A stretch of DNA of 44,370 nt from a virus (IMGVR_UViG_3300016466_000283:1-44370); one strand, 5' to 3'; counted from the first letter of the stretch, positions 8,876 through 18,712 are shown. A program made the numbers and translations. The notes: generated from the sequence alone by a model not told the origin.

Positions 8876-10768
8876 ATGAATCAACAAGACGACACAAGAG
8901 ATAAAGTACTTAGCTGGTATAATAAAGGTTTAGAAATTCAAAATACAGATTATAAATTGTTTGGTAATAGAAATTTAATTGACTATAAAGATGATATGAC
9001 CCGTAGACTTAATGGGGATATATCTCATCTTAATTTAGATATGGAAAATCCTGTATCTTTTCCTATTGTTAGAAAAATTCTAAAGTCGTATATCTCTAAA
9101 GTTGCTAGTAATCCTGTTGAAATGGTAGTAAAGAGCTATAATGTTAACTCTGGTATTTATAATAAGAATATTGCTGATGCTATTAAAACTTTATTAGAGT
9201 GGTCTAATGCAACTTCTAATCAGAAAAAAGCATTTACACTTAAAGCTTTTCAGGTAGCTGCTGAAGGTACTGTAATTGAATATGAAGGGTTTCACGATGT
9301 GAGAGTAAAACGAAAAGTATTTGACCATATTGATGACAAAGGTAATGTAGTTACTGTAGATAAAGAACATATTTTAGAAAGAGGTTGTTATACTTCTATT
9401 AAAAATTTAGAAGATATTCTTATCTCCAACCCATTTGAAGAAGATATTCAAAAACAATCTTGGATTATAGAACGAGAGTTAATGGAATATGAGGTTGCTA
9501 AAAAATATTATGAAACTAGATACCCTAAATTTAAAGATGTAGAACCTGGTAATTATTGGAGTTCATCTAGTGATATATCTTATTATCGTGAAGATTTATT
9601 GCCAACCGTAGAAGGTAATTATGTAGAGTTATTACATTGTTATACTATTGATGGTATGTACTATCTATTAGCTAATGGAGTAGTATTATATGAAAACGTA
9701 ATCCCATATAGGCATAATAAATATCCATATTCTAAAACTATCCACGATGTATTCTCAGGTACACCATTTTTCTATGGGCGTTCAATGGTAGAACAAATTG
9801 CAGGTATAACAGATTCATATCAGATACATTACAATTTGATGATACAAAAACAGCAAATGTCTGCCAATCAGTTTATTATGACAGAAAATGATGAAGACTT
9901 CTTAGAGATAGATAGTATTAAAATGGGAGGTGTTTATCAGGTTAAAGATATAAATAAAGTTAAAATTGAAAAGTTTAATGGAATAGACAACTCAGATATT
10001 GCTATGTTAGGTAGGATGGATGCAGATATTGAGGGTCTAGCAGGAAATCCAGCAGGAGGAGCTAATGCAATGACTCCAGGTGGAGGAAGAATATTGCTAC
10101 AACAAACATTGCAATTACAAGAAGAAGCAATGAAACAAATTGGATATTCTATTAAGTACTTAGAAGACGGTGAAAGAGAAAGAACAGAATTAAGATTGTC
10201 TAATTTAATTCAATATCTATCTATACCTGAAAAGAAAATAGAAAATGGTATTATACCTTTGGTCTATAACACTATAAGACAAGAAAACCAACGGTTAAAA
10301 GATGGTAATATGGGTATGAAAATAGTTAAAATCATTGACAATAGAGGGTCAAAACAATACAATGATATTGTGGAACAGTTAGATTTAGAAGAAGCATCTT
10401 TTGCACAAGCTGGAGTCAACACTGAAGCAACTGCAATTTCTGTAGAAGATTTGAACCAAGTTCAAAATATTGTAACAGTTATTCCAAAATCTAGTTATGA
10501 GGCAACTCAATCATTAGAAATGCAGAAGTGGATGCAGTATATGCAAACTAGATTAGCAGTAATGCCAGAGTCTAATAAACAGGAATTACTAGCTGAGCTA
10601 GATAAAATTATGGATGTAGATAGTGATAGATTTAATCCTCCACAACAACCTCTCACCGCACAAGGACTAGCTCCGTTGCAACAAGCTATGGCTCAACAAG
10701 GAGCAGAACCTACGCAACAAACCTCTCAACCAGTAGCACCAGCAGGAGGTATTAATACTAGTTTTTAA
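8876..10768 (+). CDS. Portal protein
   Basis: 630 aa; NPF..DIQ, IPY.H.KYPY..FYGRS.VE motifs and Q/P-rich C-terminus typical of podoviral portals. Confidence 0.8.
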   Translation: MNQQDDTRDKVLSWYNKGLEIQNTDYKLFGNRNLIDYKDDMTRRLNGDISHLNLDMENPVSFPIVRKILKSYISKVASNPVEMVVKSYNVNSGIYNKNIADAIKTLLEWSNATSNQKKAFTLKAFQVAAEGTVIEYEGFHDVRVKRKVFDHIDDKGNVVTVDKEHILERGCYTSIKNLEDILISNPFEEDIQKQSWIIERELMEYEVAKKYYETRYPKFKDVEPGNYWSSSSDISYYREDLLPTVEGNYVELLHCYTIDGMYYLLANGVVLYENVIPYRHNKYPYSKTIHDVFSGTPFFYGRSMVEQIAGITDSYQIHYNLMIQKQQMSANQFIMTENDEDFLEIDSIKMGGVYQVKDINKVKIEKFNGIDNSDIAMLGRMDADIEGLAGNPAGGANAMTPGGGRILLQQTLQLQEEAMKQIGYSIKYLEDGERERTELRLSNLIQYLSIPEKKIENGIIPLVYNTIRQENQRLKDGNMGMKIVKIIDNRGSKQYNDIVEQLDLEEASFAQAGVNTEATAISVEDLNQVQNIVTVIPKSSYEATQSLEMQKWMQYMQTRLAVMPESNKQELLAELDKIMDVDSDRFNPPQQPLTAQGLAPLQQAMAQQGAEPTQQTSQPVAPAGGINTSF

Positions 10769-10776
10769 TATATCCT

Positions 10777-11052
10777 ATGGCTAAATTACGGACATTTAAT
10801 GCAGAAGATTTAGAATATTTAAATTTAGAGGTAACTTATAAAGAAGAGATACAGTCTTTTCTGAAAAGTTTATACGCTAAAAAAGAATATATTAGATATT
10901 TGCATACCAAATTAAATGAATATCGCTCAGAAGTACTAAATAAACATACTCCTGAAACAGATAGATTCTATTATATTGGTAAAATGGAAGTAATTATAGA
11001 GCTACTAAAAGACATAGACTGGTCAATTAAGAAACCATTAATTAAGAAATAA
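10777..11052 (+). CDS. Hypothetical protein after the portal
   Basis: 91-aa ORF in a tight operon. Confidence 0.7.
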   Translation: MAKLRTFNAEDLEYLNLEVTYKEEIQSFLKSLYAKKEYIRYLHTKLNEYRSEVLNKHTPETDRFYYIGKMEVIIELLKDIDWSIKKPLIKK

Positions 11053-11056
11053 CATT

Positions 11057-11545
11057 ATGAGTACACCAAGTGGAACTAAATCAGGTTTTAACAAAGTACG
11101 AATTGCTGAGACGTTGGAGGTGGATGGACTTGCTACATTTGAAGGAGGAATTACTTCAACTGCTGGTATATCAGCACCAAGAAGTGTTGAAGCAAATTCA
11201 GGAGCAACTAAAGTATTAGCAACTTCAGAAAGTGGAAGTGTGTTTGTACAAACAGCTTCATCAGGAACTACAACTTATACTTTACCAGCAGCTGCCGCAG
11301 GACTAACATATACTTTTGTATGTGGAAATGCTGGTGGTGAAATCCTTATCACTCCAGCAACTGGAGATGCTATTGTCACCAAAATCCATTCTGCACAAGA
11401 TGGAACAGCATTAGCACCTGCAGCTGGAACTGGAATCAAGAATACAGCCGCAACAAACGTAGCTGGAGATAGTATTACATTAGTAGCACTAGATAATACA
11501 ACCTGGTACGGAACATCTATTATTGGATTATGGGCAAGTCAATAA
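11057..11545 (+). CDS. Virion (decoration-like) protein
   Basis: 162 aa G/A/T-rich; TYTLPAAAAGLTYTF motif. Confidence 0.55.
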   Translation: MSTPSGTKSGFNKVRIAETLEVDGLATFEGGITSTAGISAPRSVEANSGATKVLATSESGSVFVQTASSGTTTYTLPAAAAGLTYTFVCGNAGGEILITPATGDAIVTKIHSAQDGTALAPAAGTGIKNTAATNVAGDSITLVALDNTTWYGTSIIGLWASQ

Positions 11546-11564
11546 TTGACATAATTAAGTAAGT

Positions 11565-11590
11565 AAGAAAACACCTTCGGGTGTTTTTTT
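11565..11590 (+). terminator. Intrinsic terminator
   Basis: aaaacacc-TTCG-ggtgtttt plus T-run. Confidence 0.85.
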
Positions 11591-11606
11591 ATTTGCAAAT
11601 AAAAAA

Positions 11607-11622
11607 TCAAAATGTTAATAAT
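11607..11622 (+). promoter_or_regulatory. Late-type promoter TCAAAATGTTAATAAT
   Basis: Repeated motif before the scaffold/capsid block. Confidence 0.7.
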
Positions 11623-11657
11623 AGTATATCGAGAGAAGTCTCGTAATATCACTTAAT

Positions 11658-12389
11658 ATGACCAATATGTCAAATGATACTATCGCTAATGGAAGCGTCA
11701 ATCCACAAGGTAGCAACGAACCTAAAATCGAAGACCAGAATATTAACCAAGATTCAAACTTATCTGATGAAGAGTTGCAACTTCAAAAAGAACAAGAGAA
11801 ACTTCAAAATATTCAAAAAGCTTTAGAGCATACCACTCAGCAGTATGAAGCACTTAAATCGCAACTTCAAACTACAAGAGGTATGACCAAAGAGCTTAAA
11901 TCAGAGCTTAAAGAACTAGAACAGGATAAAGAACCTGAAAGCTCATCAACAAAAGATAGTGTACAGGCAATTGTTCAAGAACAGCTAGAGGCTTTGAAAA
12001 AAGAACCAAGACAAAAAGCCTTTTCAATATTTTTTAATAAATATCCTGATACTGTTCAAGATAGTGAATTACAGACTAAATTAATTCAAAGGTACAATCA
12101 AATTAAAGAATCTAATGAGATTGACCCAGATTTAATTGTTAGAGATTTAGAATCTGCATATTTTAGCTTGAGAGGTGCTGAAATACTAAAGAAACAAGTA
12201 GCTAATGATTTTTCAAATGAACAATTTAGTATAGGAGCTCGCTATACAGGAGCTACTCAAATGAATGTAATCAGTACGTCAGATAGTACATCTCTTGATA
12301 GAGATACCTATAAGGCGGCACAAGATTTATCTCATTTAGGAATAACTCCAGAAAAGATTAGGACATTAAAAAAGAAAGGCTATCTATAA
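11658..12389 (+). CDS. Capsid scaffolding protein
   Basis: Acidic coiled-coil upstream of the capsid genes. Confidence 0.65.
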   Translation: MTNMSNDTIANGSVNPQGSNEPKIEDQNINQDSNLSDEELQLQKEQEKLQNIQKALEHTTQQYEALKSQLQTTRGMTKELKSELKELEQDKEPESSSTKDSVQAIVQEQLEALKKEPRQKAFSIFFNKYPDTVQDSELQTKLIQRYNQIKESNEIDPDLIVRDLESAYFSLRGAEILKKQVANDFSNEQFSIGARYTGATQMNVISTSDSTSLDRDTYKAAQDLSHLGITPEKIRTLKKKGYL

Positions 12390-12410
12390 TATTAAGTATA
12401 AATTACATAT

Positions 12411-12839
12411 ATGGCTAGAGACATTATTAAAAGAAAGGGTGAAGGAGGACAATCTCATAAGAGATACCGATTAACCAACTCAACTGTAGTTGAAATTGGA
12501 AATCCTGTATATCTAACTTCAGGAAGACTTGATTTATCAACTACTTCATCAGCAGTACTAGGAATCTCAAGAGAAAATAAAACTGGAACAGGAAGCAATT
12601 ACTTATATATTCAAGAAATATATCCAGAATCTGAATATGAAATGACTACCAATGCAGATATTACAGCTGCAGACGAAGGAGTGTATTTCAAAATGGCTGC
12701 TTCAACCAATACTTTTACAGTAGATAAAACTTCTGGAGCTCAAACAACTACTAACAGACAATTAGTTATTACTAAATTTATTTCTGCTAGAAAGTGTTTA
12801 GTTAAATTTGTGAAACTACAAGCATTCCAGGACAATTAA
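12411..12839 (+). CDS. Capsid cement/decoration protein
   Basis: 142-aa beta-rich ORF between scaffold and capsid. Confidence 0.55.
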   Translation: MARDIIKRKGEGGQSHKRYRLTNSTVVEIGNPVYLTSGRLDLSTTSSAVLGISRENKTGTGSNYLYIQEIYPESEYEMTTNADITAADEGVYFKMAASTNTFTVDKTSGAQTTTNRQLVITKFISARKCLVKFVKLQAFQDN

Positions 12840-12866
12840 TATTTAATAGAAATTAAGTAAATATAT

Positions 12867-13787
12867 ATGATTAACATAACAGGTGAACATATCAGACTTG
12901 CAAAAGCTGAGTTACAAGCTGCATATCAAGACGGACTTGATGCACAAATGCCAAAAATACAACATCCTATATTAGGATACCAAACCAGAACATTGCAATT
13001 TATTAATGAACAACTTGCAATCTATTCTGGACTTAGTGAATCCGAAGCTACTGATGAAGGTGAAAACTACAGTGAGGATACTCCACAAGAACAGGGTGCT
13101 ATAACAATCACACCTATCAAGTATACTCGTTCTGTAAAAGTAACTGAGGAAGCTTTAAGATATGCTAATAGGTTTGAGATTGTAACTAATAGAACTGCTC
13201 AATTAGGAAAAGCTGCTATCCAGAATATGGAAGGAAAAGCTATTGATATTTTATCTTTAGGATTTGGTACAACTTACCGAACTGGAGTAGATGGATTAGC
13301 TCTATTCTCAGACAGCCACACTCTAACAGGAGGAGGAACTAACGACAACCTTCTAGGAACAGTACCTCTAACATTTGAAAACTTCAATGCTGCTAGAGTA
13401 CAACTAGAAAGAATGACCGACAACTTAGGAAATCCACTAGCACCTTCTACTAACTTACTATTAGTTGTAGGACCAGAAAACAGAACAGTTGCTGAGCAAC
13501 TAACAATGTCATCTGGAGTTTATTCAGCTGCTAACCTATCTACCAACCCATTCCAGGGAATTAGGTTCACAGTTAATAACTATCTATCTGCAGCTGAAGG
13601 TAAGTATTGGTTCTTAATTGACCTAGACCGTGCAAAAGATATGTTCTTCTTGAACGAAGGATGGATGCCACGATTCACTCAGGAGGATACTCCAGGACAA
13701 GGGCTATTCACCAACTACGTATCTGCTCAGTACAGCTTTGACTTTACTGGACATCAGTGGGTAGTAGGTTCAAATGCAACCACCTAA
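12867..13787 (+). CDS. Major capsid protein (HK97 fold, Mu gpT-like)
   Basis: DGLALFSDSH, LLVVGPE, YWFLID, W..VVGS motifs; biased codon usage; own terminator. Confidence 0.85.
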   Translation: MINITGEHIRLAKAELQAAYQDGLDAQMPKIQHPILGYQTRTLQFINEQLAIYSGLSESEATDEGENYSEDTPQEQGAITITPIKYTRSVKVTEEALRYANRFEIVTNRTAQLGKAAIQNMEGKAIDILSLGFGTTYRTGVDGLALFSDSHTLTGGGTNDNLLGTVPLTFENFNAARVQLERMTDNLGNPLAPSTNLLLVVGPENRTVAEQLTMSSGVYSAANLSTNPFQGIRFTVNNYLSAAEGKYWFLIDLDRAKDMFFLNEGWMPRFTQEDTPGQGLFTNYVSAQYSFDFTGHQWVVGSNATT

Positions 13788-13806
13788 TACTAATAACATA
13801 GTATAG

Positions 13807-13837
13807 ATAAAAGAGGGATTTAACCCTCTTTTATTTT
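13807..13837 (+). terminator. Intrinsic terminator
   Basis: ataaaagaggg..ccctcttttat plus T-run. Confidence 0.85.
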
Positions 13838-13882
13838 GTACTACAAAATGGTATAGTATAAATATAATTAATCATATACACT

Positions 13883-14218
13883 ATGGAAAAAAGACTCTAT
13901 GCTCATCAATACAGCGAAAAAGAATTACAAGCAATGACAGAAATCCAACTAATTAATTTGCGTTGTGAAAGTCCTTTAGATGTAAAAGCACTAAGTAAAG
14001 TATTACGTAATGGTAGAAAGTACACATACGAACCTAAAAAGATTACTAAAAATACTAAAGTAAAAACTGAAATAGATGAAGAAAAGTTAAAAGAAGATTT
14101 AGCTAGAATGAAAGAAATTAATAAATTTGATGAAGCTTTACAAGAAGAGATAGAGGAATTAGAAAGAAATTTTGACGCAGTTAAAGCTAAAAAATTGATA
14201 GAAGATATAATGACATAA
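13883..14218 (+). CDS. Hypothetical protein
   Basis: 111-aa ORF behind variant promoter ACAAAATGGTATAGT (13843-13857). Confidence 0.7.
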   Translation: MEKRLYAHQYSEKELQAMTEIQLINLRCESPLDVKALSKVLRNGRKYTYEPKKITKNTKVKTEIDEEKLKEDLARMKEINKFDEALQEEIEELERNFDAVKAKKLIEDIMT

Positions 14219-14223
14219 GAAAA

Positions 14224-14238
14224 TCAAAATGTTATATT
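14224..14238 (+). promoter_or_regulatory. Late-type promoter TCAAAATGTTATATT (lysis genes)
   Basis: Repeated motif. Confidence 0.7.
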
Positions 14239-14263
14239 GATAATGTAGTATTAATATAATTTT

Positions 14264-14563
14264 ATGAGCCTCAAAGAATTATTGACCAAGCCAATTAGTA
14301 AACAAATAGTAATAGATTATGTAAAACAGTATGTTTTTAATTTTCTATTTTTATTCTTAGTAGTATTTGCAGTAGATTTTGGACCTACATTAATGCAAGA
14401 ATTGCAAGCCGCAGGAATTGACCCTAATAATGTTGCACAAGGTGCAGAAGTACCAGCTATTATTGCTTTAATTTCAGCTACATTAAGAGCCATTGGACGA
14501 GCAATCTTTACTTCAGGAGCTAAAGTAGCAAAAGAAGGAGTAGGTTCAGTGTTGGCAAAATAA
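14264..14563 (+). CDS. Putative holin
   Basis: 99 aa with two hydrophobic segments, directly before the endolysin. Confidence 0.55.
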   Translation: MSLKELLTKPISKQIVIDYVKQYVFNFLFLFLVVFAVDFGPTLMQELQAAGIDPNNVAQGAEVPAIIALISATLRAIGRAIFTSGAKVAKEGVGSVLAK

Positions 14564-14567
14564 ACTT

Positions 14568-15347
14568 ATGTTGTTTTATGTAGATAGACCTACAATAGAA
14601 TATAAAGGAGTAAAATATGCTCAAGGTAGAGTATATGGTAGAGAAGACGCATTAAGAGCATTAGAAAAAGTTCCTGAAGCTATTGTAGTACCAAGAACAG
14701 GTAGCTTTAGAAGTCCAAAAGAACAAGAGGCTCTAGTACAACAAGGTACAAGTTGGACAACTAACTCTAATCATAGAAGGGGTTTAGCATTTGATATTCA
14801 AAACTTTAATGAAGTAAGAGACAAAATGATAGCTAATGGATTTACACATCCAGCTACACAAGAAAAATGGAATATGGATTATTACCATTTTGTATATGGA
14901 GGTAGTGAAAAAGAAGTTGCTAGAACTCAACCTATTTTAGAATTAGAAAAAAAAGATGCTAAACCATTACCAAATAAACTATCAGTATTTATTAATACAA
15001 TAACTATGAGTAAAAAATATCCACAAGGAAGTCCAGAATATATTATAAGAACGCAAGAAGTAGCATTTACATTATTAGTACAAGTTCCTGAAGCTTCTAT
15101 ATATATTCAAAATAGATACCCAGATATAGACTCATTTACAAAAGAATTTGTATGGTATTGTGAAAACAAAACTAATCAAGAAACAATAGAACACTGGTCT
15201 AAAGTAATACAAGACCACAAAAGAGAAAACCCTGATATGTATGTTACAAGCAATTCTAATAAATATCAGAATTTAGTAAACTTTGTACAAGTAAAATTAG
15301 ATGAGGTAAAGAAAAATATACAAAGTTTTGTAGACAGTAACAAATAA
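14568..15347 (+). CDS. Endolysin, M15-type peptidase
   Basis: FRS..EQ.AL, SNH..GLAFD, DYYH zinc-peptidase motifs. Confidence 0.75.
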   Translation: MLFYVDRPTIEYKGVKYAQGRVYGREDALRALEKVPEAIVVPRTGSFRSPKEQEALVQQGTSWTTNSNHRRGLAFDIQNFNEVRDKMIANGFTHPATQEKWNMDYYHFVYGGSEKEVARTQPILELEKKDAKPLPNKLSVFINTITMSKKYPQGSPEYIIRTQEVAFTLLVQVPEASIYIQNRYPDIDSFTKEFVWYCENKTNQETIEHWSKVIQDHKRENPDMYVTSNSNKYQNLVNFVQVKLDEVKKNIQSFVDSNK

Positions 15348-15350
15348 AAC

Positions 15351-15379
15351 TTGACAACTTATAACAAATAATATATATT
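15351..15379 (+). promoter_or_regulatory. Sigma70-type promoter
   Basis: TTGACA-17 nt-TATATT. Confidence 0.7.
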
Positions 15380-15430
15380 AGTATTACACTCTTCCTTTGC
15401 TCTTTTATAGTATACATTCTGTAATCATTC

Positions 15431-15594
15431 ACACAAACACTGTGTGTAGAGAATTTTATAGAGTTCTTGCCAATTTAGAGGTGTATTGAATTTGACAACT
15501 TAATACATAAGCTTGCCTCGCAGTCAAACTTTGGTCCACACTTTGTACCTTCTTAGCGGTTGGGTATAAAATTCTTTGCACACAGTGTTTGTGT
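15431..15594 (+). ncRNA. Structured RNA closed by a 30-bp stem
   Basis: 15431-15460 pairs with 15565-15594; both non-Watson-Crick positions are G.U on the + strand. Confidence 0.65.
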
Positions 15595-15610
15595 ATATAA
15601 TAATAACAAT

Positions 15611-16024
15611 ATGAGATATACTGAAGCAGAGTTAAAACGAATTCAAGATAAACAAAATGGTAAAAAAATTATACCTTTAGAAGATGAAGAGTATGATTTA
15701 ATTGTAAAATATTTAGATGATATGGGTTTTATTTATACTCATATACCAATGGAAACATATACAAGCTCTTGGAATGTTAAGAAAAGAAATAAAAGAATAG
15801 GGGTAAAAAGCGGTTTTCCAGACTATGTTATTATAATACCTTATTGGTGGGTAGGTAAAAGACATAATGTACTCTTATTTGCTGAAATTAAACGTCGTAA
15901 AGGGTCAACGTTAAGAGCTAACCAGAAGGAATGGTTGCATAATTTAAGAAGTTGCAATGAATTAGCAGAAGTATTTTATGGAGCTGATGAATTAAAAGCA
16001 TACATTGACGCATTAAGAACTTGA
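15611..16024 (+). CDS. VRR-NUC domain nuclease
   Basis: GVKSGFPD..LFAEIKR..Q.EW; ATG 15611 preferred over TTG 15560. Confidence 0.85.
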   Translation: MRYTEAELKRIQDKQNGKKIIPLEDEEYDLIVKYLDDMGFIYTHIPMETYTSSWNVKKRNKRIGVKSGFPDYVIIIPYWWVGKRHNVLLFAEIKRRKGSTLRANQKEWLHNLRSCNELAEVFYGADELKAYIDALRT

Positions 16025-16049
16025 CATAATTAAATAAATATGTTATAGT
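16021..16049 (+). promoter_or_regulatory. Sigma70-type promoter of sRNA-2
   Basis: TTGACA-17 nt-TATAGT with extended TG. Confidence 0.8.
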
Positions 16050-16053
16050 GCTA

Positions 16054-16136
16054 GTACCCTTTCTGATAATTTGGGTGCATCGGATACGCCTAAGACCAGA
16101 TATATCTAGCAATAGATTGTCTGGTCTTTTTCTTTT
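16054..16136 (+). ncRNA. sRNA-2: 5' hairpin plus intrinsic terminator, antisense to the leftward operon leader
   Basis: GTACCC/GGGTGC hairpin; terminator aagaccagata..tgtctggtctt plus T-run; shares 8+11 nt with the + strand at 25997-26018. Confidence 0.75.
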
Positions 16137-16147
16137 ACATAAAACTA

Positions 16148-16176
16148 TTGACAAATTTGACACTTTATGGTATATT
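16148..16176 (+). promoter_or_regulatory. Sigma70-type promoter of the recombination operon
   Basis: TTGACA-17 nt-TATATT with extended TG. Confidence 0.75.
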
Positions 16177-16204
16177 AAAAAAGTAATAACTAAACACTAC
16201 ATTT

Positions 16205-16525
16205 ATGTATAACATAAGTACAAATAGCAAAGAACACGCAGAAAAAATAAAGTCCAAATTAGAACTAGAACTTATTGACCTTCAATTACAAAAAGCTAAA
16301 ATTGAAAGTGATTTATATTACTATTCGCTATTAGAAAAAGATTTGCCACTATCTAAATCAGATAGATTAACAGTTAGTCAAGATAAGAAAAATCTATCTA
16401 TGTTAAGACAAGTTATTGATTTCTTTAGCACAAAAGTTAATACTATATTAGAAGATAATATTCAATCAGATGAAAAAACTACTATCAAATATACTAAAAG
16501 CAAGTCTACTAGTCGTAGGTCTTAG
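16205..16525 (+). CDS. Hypothetical coiled-coil protein
   Basis: 106-aa ORF after the promoter; AACACTAC just upstream. Confidence 0.7.
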   Translation: MYNISTNSKEHAEKIKSKLELELIDLQLQKAKIESDLYYYSLLEKDLPLSKSDRLTVSQDKKNLSMLRQVIDFFSTKVNTILEDNIQSDEKTTIKYTKSKSTSRRS

Positions 16526-16578
16526 CCTATGGTGGAAACTTTGTATGACAATATGGAATTTAATTTTAATGTAAATAT

Positions 16579-16884
16579 ATGATAAACGATGTAATGGAAC
16601 AAATAATAGATAGTCATTTACGAGATGAAGAAATGACTCAAGACCAGTTAGAGTTAGCATATAAAGAACTAGACCCAGTTCAATTTATTACTGATGACAC
16701 TTTAAATATACTAGCAGATATGGTTAGTTACTCAGCTCACAAGTTATTAGGAACAAAGATACAGAATATTGATTTAAGTAATATTACTAATAAATTTATT
16801 AATGTATTAACACTAGAAGAATTAGTATTATTAGGACTTGTATCTGAAGAAAGAGTATTAGAAGTATATAATGATTTAATGTAA
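16579..16884 (+). CDS. Hypothetical acidic protein
   Basis: 101-aa ORF in the operon. Confidence 0.7.
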   Translation: MINDVMEQIIDSHLRDEEMTQDQLELAYKELDPVQFITDDTLNILADMVSYSAHKLLGTKIQNIDLSNITNKFINVLTLEELVLLGLVSEERVLEVYNDLM

Positions 16885-16888
16885 ACAT

Positions 16889-17779
16889 ATGGCAAATATC
16901 ACAGTATCAAAGAAAGTAAAAAGTTATTTAGATAGTCCTGAATTAACAGAGAGATTGCAAAATGCAATGACTCCACAAAAGAAAGAGTTATTTAAGACTT
17001 CTCTTTTAGGAGTAATAAACTCTAATAGTTTATTTGAGAAAGCAGACCCACTCAGCATTATTCAATCTGCATTAGTAGCAACCACTTTGGATTTACCAAT
17101 TAACCCTAGTTTAGGATATGCTTATATTATTCCTTATGGAGTTAAAGCACAATTTCAATTAGGATATAAAGGACTTATTCAATTAGCACAAAGAACTGGA
17201 CAATATCAGACTATATCAGCTAGTGAAGTAAGAGAAGGACAGATTAAGGATTATGACCCTCTAAAAGGAGTGCAATTTGACTGGACTGTTACAGATGGTG
17301 AAGTTATAGGATATGTAGCATACTTTAAGTTAATCAATGGATTTGAAAAGTATTTATATATGACTATAAAAGAATTAAAATCTCACGGTAAAAAGTATTC
17401 TAAATCATATGATTCTAAAGATAAATATACCAAAGAATACAATGGTATCTGGAGGACTAACTTTGATGCAATGGCAAAGAAAACTGTATTAAAACAACTT
17501 ATATCTAAGTTTGGTATTATGTCTGTAGAAATGCAGGACGCCGTAGTAAAAGACCAGCAAGTAATAGACAAAGATGGTAATGGTGAATATGTAGATAACA
17601 ATAATATTATTATCAAAGCTGAACAAGATGATAGGTCAGAAGTATTAAAGTTTATCCAAGACGAAGCTATGACTGTTGAAGCATTACAACAAGTGCAAGA
17701 ACACTTAGAGACTGATGAGGAAAAAGAAGCTTATGATAGTAAACTATTTGAATTACAAGCAGATATACTAAAAGATTAA
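16889..17779 (+). CDS. recT: RecT-family single-strand annealing recombinase
   Basis: LDLPINPSLGYAYIIPY, AQFQLGYKGLIQLAQRTGQY, W.TNFDAMAKKTVLK. Confidence 0.95.
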   Translation: MANITVSKKVKSYLDSPELTERLQNAMTPQKKELFKTSLLGVINSNSLFEKADPLSIIQSALVATTLDLPINPSLGYAYIIPYGVKAQFQLGYKGLIQLAQRTGQYQTISASEVREGQIKDYDPLKGVQFDWTVTDGEVIGYVAYFKLINGFEKYLYMTIKELKSHGKKYSKSYDSKDKYTKEYNGIWRTNFDAMAKKTVLKQLISKFGIMSVEMQDAVVKDQQVIDKDGNGEYVDNNNIIIKAEQDDRSEVLKFIQDEAMTVEALQQVQEHLETDEEKEAYDSKLFELQADILKD

Positions 17780-17781
17780 AT

Positions 17782-17907
17782 ATGAATATGGTTTTATTTT
17801 ACATAGAAAGTTTTGTAAGAGGACTAGTATTTATGTTAATATTACCATTATCATTGGTAGTAATAGTTGCAATTTTATTAATAGCTATATTCGATAAAAA
17901 AGAATAA
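17782..17907 (+). CDS. 41-aa membrane peptide
   Basis: Hand translation MNMVLFYIESFVRGLVFMLILPLSLVVIVAILLIAIFDKKE*; fills the operon gap. Confidence 0.6.
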   Translation: MNMVLFYIESFVRGLVFMLILPLSLVVIVAILLIAIFDKKE

Positions 17908-17910
17908 ATT

Positions 17911-18000
17911 ATGAAAATACCAGACGAAATACTAGATTTAATAGCAAGGATATGTTTACTCATATTCATAGGAGGGACACTATACTTAATATTTAAATAA
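17911..18000 (+). CDS. 29-aa membrane peptide
   Basis: Hand translation MKIPDEILDLIARICLLIFIGGTLYLIFK*; abuts the next ATG. Confidence 0.55.
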   Translation: MKIPDEILDLIARICLLIFIGGTLYLIFK

Positions 18001-18001
18001 T

Positions 18002-18712
18002 ATGGACTTCAAACACTACAAAATAAGATGTTCTAGTTTACCTGATATAATAGGTTCAAGGAAACCTAAGGGTAAACTAACAGAAGTAAAAGCCAAACCA
18101 TATCTTTTAGATGTATTTATAGCTGAACAATATAATCGCAAGAGAAGCACATTTAACAAGTATATGACTAAAGGTAATGAGCAAGAAAATAACTCAATAT
18201 CTTTATACAGAAAAGTACATCAGACCTTTACCAAGAAAAATGAACTAAAGTATGCTAATAACTTTATAGAAGGAACTCCAGACTTAGTCTTAAACGGTAA
18301 GAAAAAATTAGTTATAGACATCAAGACTTGTTGGGATATATGGACTTATATCAAGAAGACAGAGAAAGTGGCTGAGACGGACTATTTTTGGCAGTTAGCA
18401 GGGTATTCTATGTTGACTGGTATACCAAATGTCAGGATAGCATATACTCTAGTTAATAATACAGAGTATGAGATATACAGAGAGTATGAAAGAACTAAGT
18501 GGAATCTACAGATTATAGAAGATGGAACCGAAGATACTGCTGAAGAGTTATTAGCACTGGAAGATAGTATCAGATATAACAATACTTATGATGACATTCC
18601 AGATAAAGAAAGAGTAAAAGTCTTTGACTTTACAGTTACGCAAAATGATTATGATACTATCAAACATTATGTGCAATTATCAAGAGAATTTTTAAATGAA
18701 CTAAAACTATGA
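18002..18712 (+). CDS. Lambda-exonuclease/YqaJ-like PD-(D/E)xK nuclease
   Basis: IRCSSL, KGNEQE, GTPD, IDIKT, YFWQL.GY; next to RecT. Confidence 0.8.
   Translation: MDFKHYKIRCSSLPDIIGSRKPKGKLTEVKAKPYLLDVFIAEQYNRKRSTFNKYMTKGNEQENNSISLYRKVHQTFTKKNELKYANNFIEGTPDLVLNGKKKLVIDIKTCWDIWTYIKKTEKVAETDYFWQLAGYSMLTGIPNVRIAYTLVNNTEYEIYREYERTKWNLQIIEDGTEDTAEELLALEDSIRYNNTYDDIPDKERVKVFDFTVTQNDYDTIKHYVQLSREFLNELKL

Noticed and set aside
15431-15594. Retron msr-msd or MITE suggested by terminal inverted repeats
   Set aside because: No RT or transposase, no target-site duplication seen; G.U pattern points to an RNA stem
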